Source of the DNA: Candidatus Woesearchaeota archaeon
GTDB lineage: Archaea > Nanobdellota > Nanobdellia > SCGC-AAA011-G17 > PNOQ01
Assembly: GCA_964344555.1 (NCBI GenBank)
Contig: CAYFNK010000002.1
Span: 1,498 to 65,497 of the forward strand
Direction: 5' to 3'
DNA length: 64,000 bases
Part shown: positions 36,771 through 45,216 of the stretch, one piece after another
Layout of the letters: the number at the start of each line of letters is the position of its first letter
Numbering within the stretch: the first letter of the stretch is position 1
The notes under the pieces: model-generated
Database searches by the model: none
The model's input: only the letters and a program-made list of their open reading frames with translations
What the model was told of the DNA's origin: nothing
Translations under genes and position numbers: made by a program

Positions 36771-37010
36771 ATGGGCGATATGTACAAAAATTCTGCGTCA
36801 AAGTACAATAGTCTGAAAGACAATGAAAAGGAGATTCTTGGGATGAGTTCGGTGATTGAAAATGCACCTTATGAACTTATGAAAGATTACAAACTTGCTT
36901 TAAGTGGAGATTCTACTGGACAATCTAGTAGTAGTAGCCATAGTAGTAATTCTAGTAGCAGTAGTGCTTCAGGTGCAACTAGTAGCAAAAATCTCGAAGA
37001 CAAATTATAA
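36771..37010 (+). CDS. Candidate RiPP precursor peptide (79 aa) with a Ser-rich, Cys-free C-terminal core
   Basis: The ATG at 36771 is preferred over the TTG at 36732. Product MGDMYKNSASKYNSLKDNEKEILGMSSVIENAPYELMKDYKLALSGD-STGQSSSSSHSSNSSSSSASGATSS-KNLEDKL. It lies immediately upstream of YcaO. Confidence 0.6.
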   Translation: MGDMYKNSASKYNSLKDNEKEILGMSSVIENAPYELMKDYKLALSGDSTGQSSSSSHSSNSSSSSASGATSSKNLEDKL

Positions 37011-37042
37011 ATTTTAAAAGAGAGGTGTCTTAATTAAACAAA

Positions 37043-38281
37043 ATGACCCTCTCCAAAATTTTGAAAAGTTTAGAAAATATTGATTTAGTTGGAGATATTC
37101 ATGAGATATTTATGATAACTGATGAACCGAAAATACCAAATTATTTGTGTTATCCTAGCAAAAAATTTTCTAAAACATATAAATTAGATGATTCATTTGG
37201 GCAAGGTTTTGATTATAATTCTACTAAATCTAAGATTAAATCTGTTGGAGAATGTTTAGAAAGGCTTTGTTTGTACAATATAGGAGATAAACCTTTTGTT
37301 AAATCTAAATACGATCCAAATGATAAATTGTTTGTAGATCCTTCTATATTTTATTGCTATTCTTCTTCTCAGGATAAAAATAAGGAACAAACTTTAGAAA
37401 AAATAAGAAATAGTAAATTTAGGTGGTCTAAAGTTAAGAGACTTAATTCTGATGAAGAAAAATTTATTCCCGCTCAACTTATTTATTTAGATCCTATTTT
37501 TGATGATGAATTCCCAATAAGAAAAGAGAGAATTAGTACGGGTGCGGCGTTTGGTAAAACTGGAACAGAATTTGCATTTGAGGGGGGACTTATGGAATCT
37601 TTAGAAAGAGATGCAACTATGGGAGCTTATATTACTAAAAGAAGTATAAAGAGGATTTACAATCTTCCAAAAAAACTTGAAAATATGGTAGATTATCTAA
37701 GGAGATATCAGTTGGATGCAAATATATTTGATATTACTACTGATTTAAATGTTCCTAGCATTATGACTATTGTTTTAGATAAGACTGGAATTGGTGCAGC
37801 AGTGAATATTGGATCAAGGGCATCTACAAACTATTTTGATGCTATTGAAAAATCAATTCTAGAATCGATACATTGTAGAAGATCTAGTAGATTAATGAAG
37901 AAATTCCAATTTCCAAGTAAACTGCCTTCTGAAAATGAAATAGATTGTATGGACAATAGATTTTACTATTGGTATTCTAAAAATAGAATTAAAGACCTTG
38001 ATTTTTGGTTAAATACTTCTGAAAAAATTGATTATAAAAAATTAATTAGAAAAAATATAGATTTAAATTCTACGATTAATAACTTAGTTAAAGAAAACTA
38101 TAACATATTTGTTGGAGATTTAAGTTTACCGCAAATTAAAGATGAAGGTTTTGAAACAATTAAAGTGATAATCCCAGAATTGCATCCCCTATACCTTGAT
38201 GAAAATGCAAAATCGCTATACTCCAACCATTATGGAGAAATACTTGAAGACAAGGGCCTTAAACCCCATCCACTAACTTAA
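37043..38281 (+). CDS. YcaO-family cyclodehydratase (SagD/McbD-like)
   Basis: SKIKSVGECLERL, ISTGAAFGKTGTEFAFEGGLMESLERDATMG, and a Pro-containing C-terminus ..LKPHPLT. GAGGTG lies upstream. Confidence 0.75.
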   Translation: MTLSKILKSLENIDLVGDIHEIFMITDEPKIPNYLCYPSKKFSKTYKLDDSFGQGFDYNSTKSKIKSVGECLERLCLYNIGDKPFVKSKYDPNDKLFVDPSIFYCYSSSQDKNKEQTLEKIRNSKFRWSKVKRLNSDEEKFIPAQLIYLDPIFDDEFPIRKERISTGAAFGKTGTEFAFEGGLMESLERDATMGAYITKRSIKRIYNLPKKLENMVDYLRRYQLDANIFDITTDLNVPSIMTIVLDKTGIGAAVNIGSRASTNYFDAIEKSILESIHCRRSSRLMKKFQFPSKLPSENEIDCMDNRFYYWYSKNRIKDLDFWLNTSEKIDYKKLIRKNIDLNSTINNLVKENYNIFVGDLSLPQIKDEGFETIKVIIPELHPLYLDENAKSLYSNHYGEILEDKGLKPHPLT

Positions 38282-38282
38282 A

Positions 38283-38996
38283 ATGTTAAAAGATATAAAA
38301 AAATTTTATGAAAAAGTAAAGCTAAATAAAGCTACTGAAGATATTTCTATAGAAGTTCCATTGTCTTATGTACATGTTTTTCATAAAGAATATGAGAGGT
38401 TACCTTTTATAAATCTCCCAGAATTAGATAAGGATGGAGAATTTGAAACCCTGTTAGAATTACGTAAGTCAACTAGGCAATTTTCAGATAAACCTCTTAG
38501 TCTTAAAGACGTATCTAAAATACTTGGTTCTTGTAGAATTGTTGATGAAAAAAGAGTTCCAGAAAAAAGAACATATCCTTCCGGCGGGGCGAGATTTCCG
38601 GTTGAATTATATCTTATGTCTTATAACATTGAAGATCTAGAAAGTGGTGCTTATCACTATAACTTTAAGAAAAAAGGACTAGAATTACTTTTAGAAAAAA
38701 ATCTTGATAATAAAAAAAGAGAATTAATATCTCCTTACTTAGATAATCCTGCCGCTACAATAATTTTTACTTCCTCTATTCCTCGATCTGAAATAAAATA
38801 TGGAAATAGGGCATATCCTTACTCACTTATAGAAGCAGGACATATGGGTCAAAATATTCATTTAGCTTGTGCAGAAAAAGGAATTGGTTCTTGTTCAATT
38901 AGTGGTTTTGTTGATACAACAGTTAATAAACTTCTAGATCTAATTGAAGATGAGATCCTTTTGTATAGTATTAGTGTAAGGTGGGAAAAAATATGA
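38283..38996 (+). CDS. SagB-type FMN-dependent azoline dehydrogenase (nitroreductase fold)
   Basis: RKSTRQFSD, TYPSGGARFPVELYL, Lys-Tyr motif in EIKYGNRAYPY, EAGHMGQNIHLA. The start is 1 nt after the YcaO stop. Confidence 0.75.
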   Translation: MLKDIKKFYEKVKLNKATEDISIEVPLSYVHVFHKEYERLPFINLPELDKDGEFETLLELRKSTRQFSDKPLSLKDVSKILGSCRIVDEKRVPEKRTYPSGGARFPVELYLMSYNIEDLESGAYHYNFKKKGLELLLEKNLDNKKRELISPYLDNPAATIIFTSSIPRSEIKYGNRAYPYSLIEAGHMGQNIHLACAEKGIGSCSISGFVDTTVNKLLDLIEDEILLYSISVRWEKI

Positions 38997-39775
38997 GGGA
39001 AAAATTAGAGTATAATATCTCTTTATTTATGGATAGTCCATTAAATGAGAAGTATATTGAGAATACTATTAAAAAAATTAATTATGATAAAGAAATTGGA
39101 TTTGCAGGTTTTAAGAATAAAGAAGGTTTGAAACAGTTTCTTAATTTCTCAGTTTTTGGTAAAGATAGTAATAGTGAACATATTATCCCTGATTTAAATG
39201 AGATATCCAAGATAATTGGTAAAACTCTAGAGTTATGTTCGAAGTTTATCTCAACTAAAATAAATATTTTTGTGTTCTCAACAGTTGATAAATTTACAAT
39301 ATCTAAACTCGGAGGAGTTTCTGGTTATTCCCCTTGGAAAAATACAATTTTATTAAATATTAGTGAAGGTGAGAATTTAGAGAAAGCAATAAAAGAAACA
39401 CTTGTTCACGAGTTGGCTCATGCAATATCTCTTAATAATATTAAAGTTGAAAAGTTAAAGGAATCCCTTATATTTGAAGGTATAGCTGAAAACTTTAAAG
39501 AAGAAATAGTCAAAGAAGAAAATGTGATTTCAATAAAGCCGCTCTCTGAGAAAAGATCTTTTGAAATTCTTAAAGATTTAAATGGTAAACTTGATAATTA
39601 TGATTCTGATCTTTATAGAGAATTATTTTTTGGTACTGGAAAATATCCTTTGTGGACAGGGTATTCAATTGGATATTACTTAGTTAAAAAATATCTAGAA
39701 AACTTGGAAGTTGTGAACTGGAGTGATATATTTAAGACAGATTTATCTGAAATCTTTGATAAAGTAATTATTTAA
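38993..39775 (+). CDS. HExxH zinc metalloprotease-like protein (DUF2268-like)
   Basis: TLVHELAHAI with downstream FEGIAENF. The ATG at 38993 overlaps the SagB-like stop as ATGA and is preferred to the GTG at 38981. Confidence 0.55.
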   Translation: MREKLEYNISLFMDSPLNEKYIENTIKKINYDKEIGFAGFKNKEGLKQFLNFSVFGKDSNSEHIIPDLNEISKIIGKTLELCSKFISTKINIFVFSTVDKFTISKLGGVSGYSPWKNTILLNISEGENLEKAIKETLVHELAHAISLNNIKVEKLKESLIFEGIAENFKEEIVKEENVISIKPLSEKRSFEILKDLNGKLDNYDSDLYRELFFGTGKYPLWTGYSIGYYLVKKYLENLEVVNWSDIFKTDLSEIFDKVII

Positions 39776-39950
39776 TATACTTTTTTATAGCTCCAGGAGT
39801 GTTGTTCAATCTGCTATAACAATACCCATGTTCTGTTTTAGCTTCCTCACTTATTTTTTTCTCTAAAGGGCTATTTGTTTTAATTTCTTTTCTATGGAAA
39901 TAATTTAAATATTTATCTAATAATTCTTTAAGTTTATATTTCATACTCAT
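39768..39950 (-). CDS. Hypothetical protein (60 aa)
   Basis: ORF only; downstream of mre11 on the same strand. Confidence 0.3.
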   Translation of the reverse strand: MSMKYKLKELLDKYLNYFHRKEIKTNSPLEKKISEEAKTEHGYCYSRLNNTPGAIKKYIK

Positions 39951-39987
39951 AAATTTGTAAGTTGTTAGAAACTTAATAATCTTTTGA

Positions 39988-41208
39988 TTAATCCCAAATA
40001 TCCTCCAAACTCAAACTTTTAATCAGATTCTTCTCTAATCTCTTCTCAAAATCGGCATTCTTCTCACCTTCTAATTTTTCTTCTGCTAAAACTTCTTTCA
40101 AATCAGATAAACTTTCTTTAGTAAACTCTAACTTGGAATCTTGCTTAGAAAATTCTTCAATTAAACTCTCTTCAACTTTATCAATGTCTGTAGACTCAAT
40201 CTCTAGTTCTTGTATCTCTTTAGTTTGTAACTTATTAGTATTCTTCAAAACAATATAAGCATCGTCTAACTTATCAAAAATCTCATTAGAATTAATATCT
40301 GAAACTTTTCCACTAAATAAACTACCTTTAATTCTTAAAGTAACAATTTTATCCTTAGAATCTAATTTATTTACTTCTTGAATAATAAATTCTTCTGCTT
40401 CTGATGATGTTTTTCCATCAACATTTAATTTCACTTTCTCAACTTTCTTTGGTTCAATAAATTCGTATCTTAATCTTGTAATTTTATTATTTTGAACTTC
40501 AACAATGTAAAAACCTCCACCGCCAAATTTCTCTAACTCCATAAAATTATTCGGAAAAGTAGCTCCTGGATAAGTAACTAAACCAAACCCTTCTGGATTT
40601 GAATCAAAAACAACGTGAGGATGTCCTCCAGCATAATAATCAAAACCTTTTGGAAATTTATCTAAATCTATGCCTTCAACCATTTCCATTCCTTGAGGTT
40701 TATATTCATTAATAATGTGATGAAATAAAAATATCTTGAAACCTTCTTCTGCTTCTAAATTAGTCTTATCTAGAATATCATAGTCTAATCTTTCCAAACC
40801 TTTTGCCTTTCCATATAGGCCAGTTAGTTTGGCTCCAGTTTTATCTGTTGTAAACTTTAATTTTAAAGAATCTTCACTTCTTTCAATTTTCATAACATTT
40901 GTAACTAGTCCAGAATTTTCAAAAACGTCTATCATAGTTTTCCCAGAAGGACTAAAATCATGACTTCCAGGAATTATGTAACATTCTATCTCCCTATCTT
41001 TTAATTTTTTAAGAATTGAACTAACTTCTTTGATTAAATCTATATTTGGTAATGCGGTATTAAACAAATCTCCAGCAATAAGAACAAATGCAACATTTTC
41101 TTCTATACACTTATCTATTCCTCTCTTAAAGGACTCTGTACTCACTATATTGAGCTTTTCTTCTTTCCATCCACCTATGTGTACATCAGAGAAGTGTGCA
41201 AATTTCAT
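39988..41208 (-). CDS. mre11: DNA double-strand break repair nuclease Mre11
   Basis: Calcineurin-like phosphoesterase motifs FAHFSDVHIG, AGDLFN, PGSHD, GGHPH. Acidic C-terminal region. Confidence 0.85.
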   Translation of the reverse strand: MKFAHFSDVHIGGWKEEKLNIVSTESFKRGIDKCIEENVAFVLIAGDLFNTALPNIDLIKEVSSILKKLKDREIECYIIPGSHDFSPSGKTMIDVFENSGLVTNVMKIERSEDSLKLKFTTDKTGAKLTGLYGKAKGLERLDYDILDKTNLEAEEGFKIFLFHHIINEYKPQGMEMVEGIDLDKFPKGFDYYAGGHPHVVFDSNPEGFGLVTYPGATFPNNFMELEKFGGGGFYIVEVQNNKITRLRYEFIEPKKVEKVKLNVDGKTSSEAEEFIIQEVNKLDSKDKIVTLRIKGSLFSGKVSDINSNEIFDKLDDAYIVLKNTNKLQTKEIQELEIESTDIDKVEESLIEEFSKQDSKLEFTKESLSDLKEVLAEEKLEGEKNADFEKRLEKNLIKSLSLEDIWD

Positions 41209-41232
41209 GAAGAAAGGAATGAAGAATTAATA

Positions 41233-41640
41233 TTAAAGGTTTCTAAAACTTTCTTGTTTTCTAATCCAAGGTAATTTAGATTCTTCGGTAATTTGTTTTA
41301 CTATTTCTCTTGAATATTTTTCTTTATTTGCTATGTAATCTAAAATGTTTATATCTTTTATTACTTCATATTGTAATATTTTTTGTGCTGCCTTATATTT
41401 TGCTGTTTTGTTCTTTAAAATTCCAAATTTACAAAGGGTTTTTGTTATGAAATTATTCCCAACCCTTCTTACTAAACTTTCTGCTGATTTAATATCTTTT
41501 GAATAATCTTGTAGGTAATTATGGTATCTTTTTTTGAATTTATTATCTTCATATTCTAAAATTATATCATCTGGTTTAATATAACCAAGATCTAGATTCT
41601 TGTATTTCAATGGCCCCATTCCTTCTACATAAACTACCAT
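41233..41640 (-). CDS. Hypothetical protein (135 aa)
   Basis: ORF only. Confidence 0.4.
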   Translation of the reverse strand: MVVYVEGMGPLKYKNLDLGYIKPDDIILEYEDNKFKKRYHNYLQDYSKDIKSAESLVRRVGNNFITKTLCKFGILKNKTAKYKAAQKILQYEVIKDINILDYIANKEKYSREIVKQITEESKLPWIRKQESFRNL

Positions 41641-41691
41641 ATTATTCTTGGTTCAATAAGACTTAAATAAGTTATCTAATTATATTCATTT

Positions 41692-41931
41692 ATGATAAAT
41701 TTAATTGATTTCTTTAGGAAAGAGAAACCTAAGAATATAATTTATGATCCTTGCTGTAACAATTGCGAATATGGACAAAGAGAATATTCTATGTTTGATG
41801 AAATTTCTCCCACTGGAATTAGATGTGAATTTGGCATAGAAAACAATCGTGAATTTGATTATTTATGTGATTTGTATAAGAAAGATAAACTATTTATTGC
41901 ATATAATAAAAGTTTAGAGAGTAGTATGTAA
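41692..41931 (+). CDS. Hypothetical Cys-containing protein (79 aa)
   Basis: CCNNC..C..C residues; ORF only. Confidence 0.35.
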   Translation: MINLIDFFRKEKPKNIIYDPCCNNCEYGQREYSMFDEISPTGIRCEFGIENNREFDYLCDLYKKDKLFIAYNKSLESSM

Positions 41932-42283
41932 TTATACTTGCTACTGCTCCTAGTAAAACTCCTTTGATTATAAACTTCTTATCTTGTTTCAAATAAATAG
42001 TTGATCCAAGTAATAACACCCAAATGAAGCTAGCAAATATTGTAAAATCTCGCACGTTGTAAAATAAAACACTAAAGACTAAGACGACTATACTTCTTGC
42101 TAAATGTAGATTTGATTTTACAAACAAACTTACTAAAGTTATTATTACTAGACTTAATAGTAGTTGGTATGTGTAAAGCATGTACTCTCCAATTAGAGAT
42201 CTAGCCATTGCTAAAAAGAAAAAAGGAAGACCTCCTAGAGCTAATAAATCTCTAGAGATCTCTTTAATTAATTCTTTTTTCAT
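41894..42283 (-). CDS. Integral membrane protein (4 TM)
   Basis: Hydrophobic helices; no motif recognised. Confidence 0.45.
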   Translation of the reverse strand: MKKELIKEISRDLLALGGLPFFFLAMARSLIGEYMLYTYQLLLSLVIITLVSLFVKSNLHLARSIVVLVFSVLFYNVRDFTIFASFIWVLLLGSTIYLKQDKKFIIKGVLLGAVASIITYYSLNFYYMQ

Positions 42284-42318
42284 AGGTTATTTTTGGAGGA
42301 GGAGTTTAAAAGTTTTTT

Positions 42319-42489
42319 CTATCCTGTTAGAAAGTTTACCATATCTAACATCTCTGATCTAATTTGACGTCTTGCGGAGTCATAGCATTCGCCACACACA
42401 GGAACTCCGGAGTTGTCATACGTATAGAATAGTCCGTTACATCTGTTGCAATGGATCTCTCTCCCGACAAAAAGTTCTTCTTCATACAT
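42319..42489 (-). CDS. Small zinc-ribbon protein (56 aa), not in the ORF track
   Basis: MYEEELFVGREIHCNRCNGLFYTYDNSGVPVCGECYDSARRQ.. with CNRC..CGEC. The patch is locally GC-richer. It explains the region better than the plus-strand ORFs 42180-42362 and 42372-42563. Confidence 0.45.
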   Translation of the reverse strand: MYEEELFVGREIHCNRCNGLFYTYDNSGVPVCGECYDSARRQIRSEMLDMVNFLTG

Positions 42490-42597
42490 ATTATTTAACC
42501 CCCTTGTTATATTATAGATGGAGATTGATTAATATATACTTAATCGATATAGAATATATGTAATATATTTTTTATTTAAAAAGAAAAGAAAAAGAAG

Positions 42598-43611
42598 TTA
42601 TACGCCGCAAGCTGCGACGTTTGCACTTCCAGTTGTACTCCAACCAAATCCTGGACCTGGTTGTCCTGCTTCTAACTGAGTGTTACACTCTTCAGGAGCT
42701 TCGTTGAATGCACCACATATGGTGTTTAGTAAAGTTATAGAATCTCTACCAGTTTGAACTTTTTGTCCATTAATAACTAGTGTTGGTGATCCTCCAACTC
42801 CATATTTCTCGTTATCCTCTTTATGAATATCAAATAACGGGAATCTTCCATTCAACCATGAAGATGTATCTTCTAAGTTTGCTATAACGTTGTATTCTTG
42901 ATCAACTCTGTTATAACACTCAGATAGGGCAGTAGTGTCTATTCCAACTTCTGCATCACATCTATCACTGTCTCCATCTTCAAGGAAACATGTCATGTAA
43001 TCTAAGAATTTATCTTCTTGTTCTTCTTGTATACAATACTGTCTAAGTTGTTCTTCAACTTCTCCTTGAGTAGGGTGCATTGCATAGTACACAAACTTAA
43101 AGTCTAAATCTATCATTTCACCTAATAGATAAGCTACAGGTAAGATTCCTTTTTCCATTTGAGTACCATAAGGACAGTGACTCATAACAAATAATTCCAC
43201 TTCAGGTTTATCTGATTTAGGAACTTCAGGTGAAGCCTGTGGTTGTTGTCCGGTTGCAGCACCTGTAACCTCAGTCATAGGAATTGCATTTAGAAACATT
43301 AAGCTTGCATCTTGATTTACATATATTGGAGTTTCTTGTCCTTGTACATTAACCGATAATACATATAAACCATTCTCAGTAGTCACATCATTCAATGTTG
43401 CTGTGGCTTGTCCTTGTAACAAACCAGTATTTATGAAATTTAAAGCTTGCTCGCCTACCTCGTCATTTGATAATGCTCCAAAACCAACATTTCCTCCTGT
43501 TGTTAATGAACCTATTAGAAGTAAACCTAGAACAAAACTATAAATTTTCCATTTATTTAATCTTTTTTTAGGCATAGCAGGTTTGTTTTCTGCTTGCTTG
43601 TTTTCTTCCAT
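42598..43611 (-). CDS. Membrane-anchored thioredoxin-fold (DsbA-like) protein with a CPYG active-site variant
   Basis: N-terminal TM IYSFVLGLLLIGSL. FVMSHCPYGTQ sits where CxxC is expected, and GGSPTLVINGQ is the cis-Pro loop region. Confidence 0.55.
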   Translation of the reverse strand: MEENKQAENKPAMPKKRLNKWKIYSFVLGLLLIGSLTTGGNVGFGALSNDEVGEQALNFINTGLLQGQATATLNDVTTENGLYVLSVNVQGQETPIYVNQDASLMFLNAIPMTEVTGAATGQQPQASPEVPKSDKPEVELFVMSHCPYGTQMEKGILPVAYLLGEMIDLDFKFVYYAMHPTQGEVEEQLRQYCIQEEQEDKFLDYMTCFLEDGDSDRCDAEVGIDTTALSECYNRVDQEYNVIANLEDTSSWLNGRFPLFDIHKEDNEKYGVGGSPTLVINGQKVQTGRDSITLLNTICGAFNEAPEECNTQLEAGQPGPGFGWSTTGSANVAACGV

Positions 43612-43669
43612 TAATATCCCTCCAAGTATATCTATAAAATTATCTTCTATCGTGATATCGTTTTCTTAT

Positions 43670-43831
43670 TTAAAACTTTTTATTCAGTTTAGGTAGAACT
43701 TTGTAAGCAAAAAGAGCTCCAATAATCATAATTCCCCAAAAAATTGTAGTTTCTATAACTTGAAATACAAATAGTATGAAATTTGCTATTACTATAAATA
43801 TTAGAAACCAACTAAATCCTTTTGTTTTCAT
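43670..43831 (-). CDS. Small membrane protein (53 aa), not in the ORF track
   Basis: MKTKGFSWFLIFIVIANFILFVFQVIETTIFWGIMIIGALFAYK... Its ATG overlaps the RNase J stop as ATGA. Confidence 0.4.
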   Translation of the reverse strand: MKTKGFSWFLIFIVIANFILFVFQVIETTIFWGIMIIGALFAYKVLPKLNKKF

Positions 43832-45171
43832 TTTAGAACTGTTTTCTTTCCGTTGTTAAGGAATTGTAAGTGTTTTTCTGTTTTGTATCCTAGTAAATTA
43901 GCTAAATCTTCTATGTGCCCTGTAACTCTTTCTTTGTCTCCGTGTCCAGGAATTACAACTTCTGGCTTAACCATTCCTATAAGATCCCTTATATCTTCTC
44001 TGGAACCATGTCCTGAAACGTGAATGTCTTTGAATATTCTTACCCCTCTTCCTGCTAATCCAGATTCTAATTTAGCTCTGTTTTCAATGTTTGGTTCAAC
44101 AGGAATTGTTTTACATGAAAATATTACATGATCGTCATGTTCAAATTTAAAAGGTAGCTTTCTATCACCAATTCTTGTCAAGATAGCATTTGGTTCTGCC
44201 TGACTTCCTGTGCATACTACCATGTATTTGTCTTTGTTTTTTTCTATTTGATGTAGTTTTTTTTCAACTTGTCTGGCATAAGTCATTATTTCTACATCTT
44301 TGCTTAGGTTTACTAGGCCTACTGCCTCTGCAGCTTTAACATATTTGTTTAATGATCTTCCTAAGAATACGATCTTTCTATTAAGTTTTTTTCCAAATTC
44401 AACCATGCTTCTTAACCTTGCTATATGGCTTGCAAAACTTGTAACAAACATTGCATGGCCTTCATTGTCTGCTCCAAACATTACATCTTTTAACATTTCT
44501 TTAGCTACTGATTCAGAAGGAGTTTTCATTGCTTTACTAGAATAAAGGGAATCTACAATTACTGCCTTTACATTTCCCTGTTTCCCAAGCTGTCTTAATC
44601 TTTTGTAATCTGGTTTTCCTCCCATTGTTGGTTGATTATCTAATTTGAAATCGTTTGTGTATAGAACAATTCCGTCAGGAGTGTGAATCGCTAGGCTTGC
44701 GGTATCTAATGTGGAATGAGTCATTCTTATGAATTCAACTTTGATATTTTTAGAAGCATTATATGTAGTACTTGTTTTTTTTGATATTAACTTATTTGAG
44801 AATCTTAGTTTTTCATCTTTTGCTAGAGTTTTTATTACTTCTATTGTATATGGTGTTCCTACTATTGGTGCTTTGTAATGATTTTCTAAATAAGGTATTG
44901 CTCCAACATGATCTAAGTGACAATGAGAAGGAATTATTGCTTTTACTTTATCTCTTAATGAACTAAGAACTGTATCATCTGGTATTGCCCCTATTTTTTG
45001 TAGACCTTTTGGAGTAAGATTTCTTCTGTCTCCTCCTCCTTCTTCAAAACCAACTAAACTTGGTAAGTGAAATCCACAATCTAGAATTACTGCTTCGTCA
45101 TTGTATTTGACAACGGTCATGTTTTTTCCTACTTCATCATAACCGCCAATTCCAATTATTTCTAAAGACAT
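43828..45171 (-). CDS. rnj: Ribonuclease J (archaeal beta-CASP metallo-beta-lactamase)
   Basis: HCHLDHVGA (HxHxDH) and a beta-CASP region. Its 447 aa is typical of archaeal RNase J. Confidence 0.8.
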   Translation of the reverse strand: MSLEIIGIGGYDEVGKNMTVVKYNDEAVILDCGFHLPSLVGFEEGGGDRRNLTPKGLQKIGAIPDDTVLSSLRDKVKAIIPSHCHLDHVGAIPYLENHYKAPIVGTPYTIEVIKTLAKDEKLRFSNKLISKKTSTTYNASKNIKVEFIRMTHSTLDTASLAIHTPDGIVLYTNDFKLDNQPTMGGKPDYKRLRQLGKQGNVKAVIVDSLYSSKAMKTPSESVAKEMLKDVMFGADNEGHAMFVTSFASHIARLRSMVEFGKKLNRKIVFLGRSLNKYVKAAEAVGLVNLSKDVEIMTYARQVEKKLHQIEKNKDKYMVVCTGSQAEPNAILTRIGDRKLPFKFEHDDHVIFSCKTIPVEPNIENRAKLESGLAGRGVRIFKDIHVSGHGSREDIRDLIGMVKPEVVIPGHGDKERVTGHIEDLANLLGYKTEKHLQFLNNGKKTVLK

Positions 45172-45216
45172 GAAAAAGAATTAATTTAGTTCTTTTATAT
45201 AGTTTTCTCTAAAATT

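Noticed and set aside
42180-42563. Plus-strand ORFs 42180-42362 and 42372-42563
   Set aside because: The first is antisense to the 41894-42283 membrane protein. The second has an implausible product and lies opposite a better minus-strand CxxC..CxxC zinc-ribbon ORF (42319-42489).
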